Shown: positions 8,303-18,300 of the stretch, in pieces
Layout: the number at the start of each line of letters is the position of its first letter
Position numbering within the stretch: position 1 is the first letter of the stretch
Made by a program: the position numbers and the translations under genes
Assembly: GCA_020536535.1 (NCBI GenBank)
Contig: JAHLWZ010000906.1
Coordinates: 1 to 51,978 of the forward strand
Direction of reading: 5' to 3'
Origin: Pelomyxa schiedti
Lineage: Eukaryota; Protista; Evosea
DNA length: 51,978 nt
The notes under the pieces: generated by a model
Told to the model about the DNA's origin: nothing
What the model saw: the letters and a program-made list of their open reading frames with translations, nothing else
The model's database searches: none

Positions 8303-10442
8303 ATAGAAATGGTATCGGTGGCGGTGGTGGGGACACAGCTGCTAGTGCTAGTGTGAGGGCTCTGGCTTCCCCGTCATCGCCGGGGCTCGTGCCTCTGGAT
8401 TACACCACGCAGTATGCCTCTCATATAATATATCTACAATCAAACCCGGCTCAACCAACATTGGTGACTGCTTCTCACATTTTTTTTTTTTTTTTAATTA
8501 TTCCAGCCGCACACCTGGAGGTATCATTGGAAATATTCATGGGTCATTTTTGGACACCTGGGAACCTCATTCACCACCGCAAAATCAAGGTGCTCCATGA
8601 ATCACCTCTCATTCTCCTTCTTGATCCCCCTCCTCTGAAATCTTGATTTGGCATCTCCAACCCAAAAACACAGAATGCAATGAAGAAACTGCGCAATGGA
8701 ACTGGGAATCAACACAACTTGTCAAGTTTATACGCAAATATGAAGTCATTCGTGAAGACACTGTGCAATATGAAGACGAGTGGGAGAAACAAGTGAGGGA
8801 TTGTGCATATGATGCCATAGGAAAGCAGAGTTGTTTGGACTTTTCACCACTGCCATCTGAAGTGGTTGCTAGTGAACAGCAAGCAAATGCCATTTTCTCT
8901 GCTGCTTTAGAGTTAGTGACTCGGCTCGGCATATTAGTCCTGGGTGCATTTTCCCCGCAAGGATGTGGTTATGGCAGCGGCAAAGTAGTGCCAGTGACCA
9001 GAAATGACATTATGTTGAGTCTAAACAAGTCACCTGGAAGTAAACATGAAGTGGTTTTTGGCAGTGGCGATCAGATGTGCACGGTGAGAGGACGTAATGT
9101 CGGTGACGCAATTCCACCAGTTGTGTGTGGTGGCCTGAGTGGAGTACTGATTGCTGAAGGATGGGCAGAGTGTGTGACACAATCAATTGCACAAGAACCC
9201 TCAGTTGATATAGTATCAACATGGGGGATGGGCCATGTCAGAGGGTTAGAAGTGAAGCCAGGCTCGGCAACAGAAGTCATGGGAGTGAGAGAAGAAATTA
9301 GTACTATGAGGTCTTTTTTTTTTCCCTTACGATTTTACTAATGATTTTTAAGGCGCGTATTGCGGAAAGTGAAAAGACCAGGACTAGGCGTTATTGGTGG
9401 GCATACTGGTTCTACCGAATTAGGAGATGCCGTTTGTGTATGTGGAGATGTAGTGTATCGCCCAGGATGCACTGTTGGTGTTTCCACTTCACCACAGTAT
9501 TGTGGTGGGGGTTTGCTTCACCCTCAGGATGCACATACGATCATGCTTTACCCACTCATCCTGGAACAAGCCCAGCTTACACGTGCTGCAAATGCTTTGG
9601 GCAGTGGTGTTTTGAATGGCTGTGTTTCCTCTGTCCGTGTTAGAAATACCGAGGGAACCACCTGGAAAGGTGTTGTATGTGATGCAGTGTGTCTCGCTGC
9701 CTCGTGTATGGTGGCCAGCTTTGCGCTAGATGCAGATTACCATGTTCTACACCTTGACAAAGGCACTTCCCCATCTGCGTTGTGGATAATGAGTGCCGTT
9801 AGGTACCGATTAATGTTTTCAATTACTACGCACTAATGAATTCGCAGCCAAGCATTCGCCCGTCAGTCACATTGCGTAGTATTTGCCGATGTCTTTACAA
9901 TCAGTGGATCAGGGACAAGTACCATGTTGTACGAAGTGGCAGCAGCGGCACTTACATTGAGTATCTCCGGCGCCCACCTTCAAGGAGTTGTGAGCCCTAA
10001 CTCTTCCACTCCGACTTCCGCACGCCCGCAAGTTACCTCAAACACAAACACATCCGCATCCGCAGCAGCCACCGCCAACACAACCGCATCATCCACTGAA
10101 TCACCGGAAAACAGACCCGAAGCAGTTCCGCATATCAGCGGGCTTGAAGTGAGACTTTTGGCTGAAGTGGGACAGGCAGCCTGCACACAGCAACTCACGC
10201 CGGCCGAGGCAAATTCTATTATAGGAGGAGTAATGCGGCTCTATGAACACATTCTTGCCGGGAACCCAGGCCACTATGCAGTTGGCAGCGAGGAAAGTGA
10301 ATGGGAAAGGGAGAACTATGCAGGGAAGGCTATTTGGGAAACCTACAACCTCAAAACAATGACGCCGGCACCTTGGTGGCAAGGAATCTATGATACCGTC
10401 AAAGATGAACTCAGAAAACTAGGACTCCACGCTCTAAATTAA
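7780..10442 (+). CDS. mtmB-like: Monomethylamine:corrinoid methyltransferase (MtmB)-like protein, non-pyrrolysine, with a low-complexity N-terminal extension
   Basis: Exons 7780-8411, 8507-8589, 8674-9310, 9353-9437, 9498-9802, 9848-10442 join in frame (2337 nt, 778 aa). The translation is colinear with Methanosarcina MtmB as I recall it: EDEWE~QDDWD; VFGSGDQMCTVRGRNVGDAIPPVVCGGLSG~VLGTGRDAVNVRKRSVGDKAKPIVQGGPTG; KRPGLGVIG~GRPGMGV(O)G; DAHTI~DSHEV; MLYEVAAAALTLSISGAHLQGV~CLLEASAQSITDTASGREILSGV; SGLEVRLLAEVGQA~TGMEARMMGEVARA; AGKAIWETYNLKTMTP...IYDTVKDELRKLGL~AGKTFQECYDVKTVTP...VYDGARKKLEDLGL. Confidence 0.9.
8242..8298 (+). repeat. (AGT)19 coding microsatellite (poly-Ser); a poly-Gln CAA/CAG run lies at ~7989-8022
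   Basis: Perfect AGT x19 inside exon 1 of the mtmB-like gene. Confidence 0.95.
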
Positions 10443-10666
10443 ATTGAACCCTATGCCAACAAAAGCAAATCCAACTAAAGCAAAGCAAACCACTATGTGA
10501 ATGTTTCCCTCATTCACAACAAATTCAAAACAACTCAACTGCACCAACCCATCACCCAACACCAAAAAGAAAACCATCTTCACCTGTGATGGTATCAACA
10601 TTTCTCCATCAGGAATCAATCAATCAATCAACATTCTTAGCGTTGCTACGGTACGAAACGCAACTG

Positions 10667-12188
10667 ATGATGAAAATTGCGCTGTTTGTGGCTCTAGTGA
10701 CACTTTGTCTGGTGGATGGCCTCGCCGTTTTTGAATTGACACATAGCGAGGGCTATGAGATGGGCCTGGAATTCGGAGCCGCGTTTGCACCTGTTTTTAA
10801 GAACTTCCTTATGGTATTTGGTGATTGTGAACACAGTGTCATAATTTCTGACCTTGAGCGGCTTTGTTGGGGGATATAAAAAAGAATACTAACTCCTGTG
10901 ATATCAATTTTGATTCTAATCACACTCATAGCACGACCTGGAAGTTCTTGCTCTTATTCAGCGTTACAACACTGACCCTGAATTTGCTTCCCTGATTGAC
11001 AGTATAATGGCTACCCAAAAACAGTTCTACCCTGTGACCTACGAAGAACTGGAGGGTATTGCTGATGGATTAGGTGTTCCATTCGAGGAGGTGGCCATTG
11101 TGAATACAGTTGGAGACCTTGTAAACTACTGGGACAGCGGTTCTGCACACAGACACCGCGGAAAAGGCTGCTCTGATGCTACTTCACAGTACCGTATGTG
11201 ACCGTGTAGATTCGCAAGCTCTTATTTTTTCCCAAGAAGGTGAGAGTAGTGCATGGGTTCATGGGCATAACGAGGATTGGAACTCTCAAGTATGGAATTG
11301 CTGTCATATTCCTTCTAACAATCTAATTTAAGGTTGCCAAATTGACTGCCCTTATTATAACTCCGGAATGGACAAGCTACTGCTATCCAGGGGAACTCCC
11401 TGGAACAACTTTCTCTTGGAACAAGCATGGCATCATTATGTCCCTCGACTTGATCTATCCCCTCATTGACACCTATAATTCTGGGGTGGGGTGCTTGATT
11501 GTTGGAGAAGGTGAATTGATACTCAATAGGCTACTATGGGATTTGTGATGCGAGAGGTGTTAAAAAGCACATCCCTAGACCAAGCCATCAGCCGGGCAAC
11601 TCAATACAACTCGTTTTATGGGTTCAATGCTGTCATCTCTTCCCTATGTGACAAAAGAACCGCCATTGTTGAAGCAATTGTTGACAAGGCAGCAGTTGTA
11701 TCTCTAGCGTAACCTTCTCCTTTCACGGCACAATAATACTAATATTACGATAGACAACCCACGGCAGTAAATGCAAGTTACGCCCACTTCAATCTTGTTG
11801 AGTACCTTCGAGCAGATCAAGAAGATGATCAGTACATTGCCTTAAAGCAAAGCTGTTTCAACGAAACCAAGTATTCCCCCCAAAAGAACAACTCCAATTC
11901 CAGCAGCAGTTTAACTCAACTCCGCATTATAGACCGCATACATATGACCAGATACTTGCATTCCTCGGCTCCTCCGCACCCACTTGCCCAGTGTGGGCTA
12001 CCCTTCTGGGTGACCAGACCATGCATTCACTGACAACTGACCTCACTTCTTGCCTGTACTCCTCGTCAGCTGAAGCCCATCCCACAGAAACCACCCAACA
12101 GTGCAAACCCACTCTCTTCATCTGGGATTCCCCACAGCCCTCTGAGCCCCTAATGTCCATCACCTACAATTACACTTGTAGTGCTTAA
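10667..12188 (+). CDS. Secreted peptidase C45 family Ntn-hydrolase (acyl-CoA:6-APA acyltransferase / Tan-like), multi-exon
   Basis: Signal peptide MMKIALFVALVTLCLVDG; YEELEGIADGLGVPFEEV; KG-CS nucleophile Cys; VHGHNEDW; YPGELPGTTFSWNKHGI. The last exon ends at the TAA at 12186-12188. Confidence 0.85.
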
Positions 12189-12351
12189 ATGTCTCAAGAA
12201 TCTATTCTTGATTGTTGAAACTTGAAGAAACACACAAAATTTTTGAGCAAAAAAAAAAGTACATTTTTTTTTTATGTCGTTTGTTTGGGGCTAGAAGTCA
12301 CACGTTGTTGGTATTTTGGTTTGTGGGTGATAGAGGAATTCAGCTCGCTGT

Positions 12352-15300
12352 CTAGTGTTTCACATCCATGTCCACGTATGAGCTTGTGTTCTTCTTCCTC
12401 CTGGCCTCTGCTTGTTTAATCCTGAACTGTCTGATGGCCAAGAAACCACCGGCGCAGCCACCAACGAGAACAACGCAGCCTCCTCCGGCGCATACAACGA
12501 TGATCCACCAGTTGGACTTCTGGCACCCAGAGCCGGTGGCTCCTATCTTGCAGTTACACTTGCCGTTGTCCTGGCACTTTCCGGAGTTGCTGCAGCTGTA
12601 TGGGCACAGTCCTTGGGGATTTGTGTGAGTCTTGGATAGCGTGGTAGTGGGATAAATACTTTGTGAGCAGTTGACACCGCCCCACTCGTCTATTGGGCTA
12701 CAAGTACACTTGCCATTGAATGGATTGCATGTTCCATGTTTCGAGCAGTTCAGAGGGCAAGATTCTGGCAGAGGTAAGAAAAAAAAAAGAAAGTTGTTGA
12801 GGAAGGGCAGATACTGAAGTAGCAATCAGGCGGTAGGTAGTACGCATCACACGTGCAAACACCTGTTCTGTTGTTGCATTTGCCGTGCCCTCTGCAATTA
12901 CTTGGGCACTTCACTGTACATAAGTTACCAAATTAATGTTAATGGTACGGGCATACCGTAACTGCAGTCTGTCCCATAGAACGGGTACTTGCACAAGCAT
13001 TCACCCTTCTGTGTGTTACAGAGGCCGGCAGTGGCATTCGTGCAATTCTTAGGGCAAGCGACTTGGTTGTTCAGTTAGGGCAGAGTGGCAGGCAAGAGTA
13101 AACTTACAGTAGGGTACTTCACATGCATCCCCTGAATAGTGATCATCGCAGTCACAAGTACCCGTGGTATTGTCGCACTTTCCGTGAGAAGAGCAAGGAG
13201 TCTTGCCTTGGCACTATTTTGTTGTCTCAGCTCTTATAGAGATACACTTTTAGTTTTACCTGTTTGTATTTGCAAGTGTCGCCATAATATCCTCCTTGGC
13301 ACACACATTTGCCAGTTCTACTCCCAGTTAAACATATTTCTACAAAGGAAAAAGATACGTAGTGTCACAACTTCCATGCACACAAGCGGGACAGCTGAAG
13401 TTGGCTATCTGGCAACCCTTTCCAGTGTAGTTGGTTGTGCACTTGCAATTTCCTGTAAACCTGGGAAACACGAGTGAGATGGGAACGGCAGTTCTGAAGT
13501 GCAAACTTGTCACACGTTCCATGGGGCCAAGAGCAATTCAGTGTGCAAGAGGCTGCGGCAGTGTAAATGTAAATCAAAGGAATTTGTTTACCCACCATAG
13601 AGACATTGCGGTAAGAGCCAAGGGGAGAAACAAGCACACTGGCCAACCGTGGAATCACAGTGTCCATGTGTACCAGTACAGTTATTCGGGCAGAGGTCTA
13701 GAAATTGATTAAAATGCTGAAACAAGAAAAGGGAAACTCCCTACAGTTTGGAGCTTCACATGCAGTTCCCGTGTAATTGGCGGTACAAGTGCAGGCACCG
13801 GTAGTGGAATTGCAAGTACCACGACTGGAACAGGGGGTCAGGCCCGGACACTACAGAGGGTTAATGGCTTAAAATTCATAAAAAAAAAATACAAACCTGC
13901 ATGAGGTTGCAAGTATCACCATAGTAACCACCATAGCACACACATTTTCCCGTACTAAGGTAAAATTTTACAAAAGAAAAGATAGATAAAAACCCACGTT
14001 ACATCACAGTTTCCGTGCTCACAGGGAGGACTGCAGGTAAAGTTGGCGATTTGACAACCTTTTCCTGCATATGTTGACAGGCACTTGCAGACTCCAGTTG
14101 TCCTAAAAAAAAGTTATAAGTCTGAGAGGGAAGCCGTGGGTGGAAAGCTACTGGTCACAAGTTCCGTGTGGATAGGAACAATTCAATGTGCAAGTTGCTT
14201 GGTTGGGGTAAGAAAGAAGGCAGAATGGATAGGAAAATACCAAGTTTACAGTCGGGGAGCTGCCAAGGCGAGTAGCACGTGCAATTTCCAGTTGTAGGGT
14301 CACAGTGTCCGTGAGCCCCAGTGCAGTTATTGAGACAGGGACCTGATCAAGTAAGTAAGGGGTAACAATAGAAATTCCGTACGTATGGGCTCCAAGCACG
14401 AAAGACCGTCATAATATTCGGCGCAATGACATAAACCTGTTGTCTGCACATGGATTGGTACGGTATAATGAGGGAAGAAAGTCTTACTGTGTTGCAGACT
14501 CCGTGTAGGTCACACTTATCTGGGCAGTACTTGTACTGACATTTGTCGCCATAATACCCATAGTAGCAATAGCATTTGCCTGTGTAGTTGTCAAGTTACC
14601 GGAACGGTGACTTGAAATTACCTTGAAGTGTGTTGCAATAACCATTGCCACTGCAATTGAGGTCACTGTAGAGAAAGTTAGGAGAAAAGGAAAGCCAGCT
14701 TAAAAAACGCACAGGCATGAGTAGTACGGGGTACTGCAAGTTACATCATAAGGGTCGGTGTAATTGGTGTCGCAAGTACAGTCTCCAGTGAGGTAATCGC
14801 ACGTGCCGTGGCCAGAGCAGTTGTTGGGGCATAACACTGCAGAAAGTGAGAACCGATTTTCTAACTTGAGCCACTCGTACTGTTTCTACAGTCCGTGCCA
14901 AAGTAACCGACGTAGCAAGTACAATCTCCCGTTGTGTGATTGCATAGCCCATTTCCGTTGCACCCATTTTCGCGAGACGGCGGGCACATGGCAGAAAATA
15001 CTTCACAACCCTACACAAGCCAATAAGAACAAGGGGAAAATGAGTAGAGGATGTTAACTGTTCCTATCCAGTCTTGGTCGCAAACGCAGGAACCCCTGGA
15101 AAGTAGTTGGGAAAGGAAAAGAAAGGGAAAACAAAGGGATAGTACGATGCGTTATTGCATGCTCCGTGACCCGAACAGTTCAGTGAGCACAATTTATACT
15201 GGCAAGAATCACCATAGTAGGGATTTGTGCAAATACAAGACCCGACACTGGTATCACACAAACCTCTCACACTCGAAGTACAGAAATCGTGTGAGGCACA

Positions 15301-18300
15301 GAGATTGACGTAGCAATCTGGGGGTTCCCATCCAGAATCGCAGGTGCAAACTCCACTAACAACATTGCAAGAGCCATGGTGTGAGCAATTCTCCAGGCAG
15401 TACTCTGAAGAGAGGTGAAAAAAAAACCACAGAAAAGTGTACATACTGTACTGACAGTTATCGCCATAGAAAGAGCCATAGCAAGTGCAGTTTCCAGTTG
15501 TCGTGTCACACCTACCAAGGTAAGAAAGAACCCAAGAAAGAGATAACTGACCGGCCATTTGGAGTATTGCAAGTCCCAGCACACGTTTTGTTGGGAATTG
15601 TGCAAGAAGTTCCAGCCCACCCTAGTGCACACCATCAGGGGAAAACATAAAAAGGGAAGAAAAAAGTACCAGCATCGCAGATGCACGTTCCGTTGACACA
15701 GTCACCTGTGAGCCCAGAGTTGCAGTCCTCCGGGCACAACTGAATGGCACACAGATCTGTCCCGTTGTTTGCCCACGGTGAGTAGCATACGCAAGTCCCT
15801 GTACGAGTGTCGCAGTAGCCATGGTTGCAGGAAGAGGGGCAGGCAACTGGTTTATTGTTAATTGGCAAGCACAGGAAAGCAAGGGATGCGTACTGTACAA
15901 GAACTGACAGTCGACAGAGGTGTTGTAAGCTGCCCAGCACGCACATACACCAGTTGCAGTATTGCAATCGCCGTGACCCCAGCAGTCGTTAGGGCAACGA
16001 GCAGCACTACATACATCGTCAACCACCCATGGATAATTGCACATGCATTTGCCAGTATTTGGATTGCAGTAGCCGTTACCAGAGCATACGGGGGTTCCAG
16101 GACAGTAGAATTGTTGGTACTGGCACATGTAACCAGTGTAATAAGCGGTACCATTATCGGCACACTCACAAACTCCTTTGGTTGTGTTGCAAACACCTTG
16201 AGGATAGCTGCACTCGGGTGTCCCGGGGCAGACATAGACGGAACAATCAGAACCCTAAGGAGAAAATCAACCACAGGGAAGAGGAGGGTACAAATAAGGC
16301 TACCACAAGGCCAGAGCGACATGAGCAGTTTCCAGAAGAATAATCACAGTCACCATGAGAAGAACCTGAACAGTTGTTCGGGCAGTCGAAGTGTGGAGTG
16401 CTACAATCTGACCCGCGATATGTGCTGGTGCAAATACAGGTGCTGCTTGAGGTGTTGCATGTACCACCATGGAGGCAAGAAGGGTCGCAGATAACCGAAC
16501 TACAATCGGAGCCGCCATACTTGAGGCCCATATAGGTGAAGCAAGTACAAACACCGGTGGCTTGGTCACATTGTCCTTGGTTGGCATTCGTGCAGTCCCC
16601 AGGGCAGGCCTTCACAGGGGTATTGCAGCTGTCGCCAATCCAGCCAGAGTCACATTTGCATTTGCCAGTTGTGCCGTTGCAAACACCATGCTTGTTACAG
16701 TACGGAATGTTTTGTGGGGGGCAGGTTTTGTTTGAGCAATCGCTTCCCCAGTAACCGAGGTAGCAGGAACAGACACCAGTGAAGATATCGCATTGGCCAT
16801 GGCTAGTGTTGGTGAGCGTAGAAAAGAGACCATCCCTTATACACACCCGGAACAGTTCTTTGGGCAATCAATAAGAGCAGCACTGCAGGACTTTCCAAAG
16901 TATGGGGACCAACATTTGCACGTTCCTGTGGTATAGTTGCAATCACCACGACCGTTACAATTGGCAGGGCAAGAGAGCTGGTGGCAATCAGGGCCTAACG
17001 GATTGTGAGGAGACGCCAAACGGGATCCTGTAAAAACATACCTCCGCGACTGCCATTGCAGCGACAAACTCCAGAAAGACCAGCACAAACACCGTAGGGG
17101 GACACGCAAGTTGCAGGGCAGGGGTAGTAGTACTTGAAATCGAGGCTGTTGGAGGACACGACGGTGTTGTTACTGTAGGCCCCAATCCACATCAGCTTCA
17201 GAGGAACAATTCCGTAACCGTGGGCTGGAATCTCGAAGGTGAGCAGCGAATCAGTGAGGGATGTCGGCGCGACCAAACCAACACCACTCACAAACACATA
17301 GATCCCCGTGCAACTATGAAGGCCAGTAGCGTTGATTGTGGCTGTTGGATGGGTCGTGAAGGGATTGTTCAGATTATAGCTGTTGGGAGTGACAGAGAAC
17401 ATGGTTACAGTCTCTACACTTGTGTGAGTGAAGGGGGTGGCGAAACAATTTTCTACACACCACAGGCGATTCCTTGTACAACAGTGACGACGTCGTTTAT
17501 GGGGCAGAAAAATACGCTGCCTGTAACATCAACAGTAAACGTAAGAGAAGAAGAACGCATGAACGGCGGAACTTTGCAGGTAAAATAGCTCGATGTGAAA
17601 TTACTGTGGGGAAGAAGATTAGAGGAGCGAGAAACAGAAGGAAATGACAATTGAATCATATTAGTATTGACAGTTGTATCTCTGTTCGGCATCTGCCCGG
17701 TGAAGTCGTTGCCAGAAAGGTCACTTGCAACGATCAGATACAAAGAAAAAAACATGTTTACATACACATAAGAAATCTTGCTATTAACCAAGGCATAAGA
17801 AAGAGATCCAGATAGCTGGTTGTAGCTTAAATCCCTGTGAAACCATTAAACGAAGAAAAAGGAATTAAAGAAAAATACAGGTATTTTATGGAAGTGCTGG
17901 CAGAAATGGAGGCTGGAATGGAACCGGTCAGAACATTGTTTTGTGCATATCTGACAATGGAGTTAAAAAAAAGAGAAACAGGAAAAAGCTTCTAGTTACA
18001 AGTATGTAAGCGAAGTCATGGCAGAGAAAATATCCGGAATAGTGCCAGTAATTTTGTTGTCTTGGAGATAAAGTTTGCTTACCACAGAGAGTTTTCCAAT
18101 GGTGGTAGGTATGTTGGTCAGGCTATTACTTTGCATTAAACTGCGTAGAAATTAGTGGAAACAAAAAATCACTCAATCTAACATTGTTACTGCCGAAGTC
18201 AAATAGCCAATGTCAATGGGGATAGACCCCGAAAGAGAGTTGTGATCTAACATTCTTGTGGAGGAAGTAAGTAGAAGAAAGGAAAACGAATCCCTACAGT

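Noticed and set aside
9341-9420. Amber read-through / pyrrolysine or PYLIS signal
   Set aside because: The aligned codon is ATT (Ile), the spliced model has no internal TAG, and no pyl genes are in the window.
7780-10442. mtmB-like locus as contamination from a methanogenic or bacterial symbiont
   Set aside because: Five GT-AG introns are needed to restore the frame or alignment, exon 1 has eukaryote-type microsatellites, and the neighbours are intron-rich eukaryotic genes.
10667-12188. Functional coupling of the C45 hydrolase to the adjacent mtmB-like gene
   Set aside because: The hydrolase has a signal peptide and the MtmB-like protein does not; adjacency in a eukaryotic genome is weak evidence.
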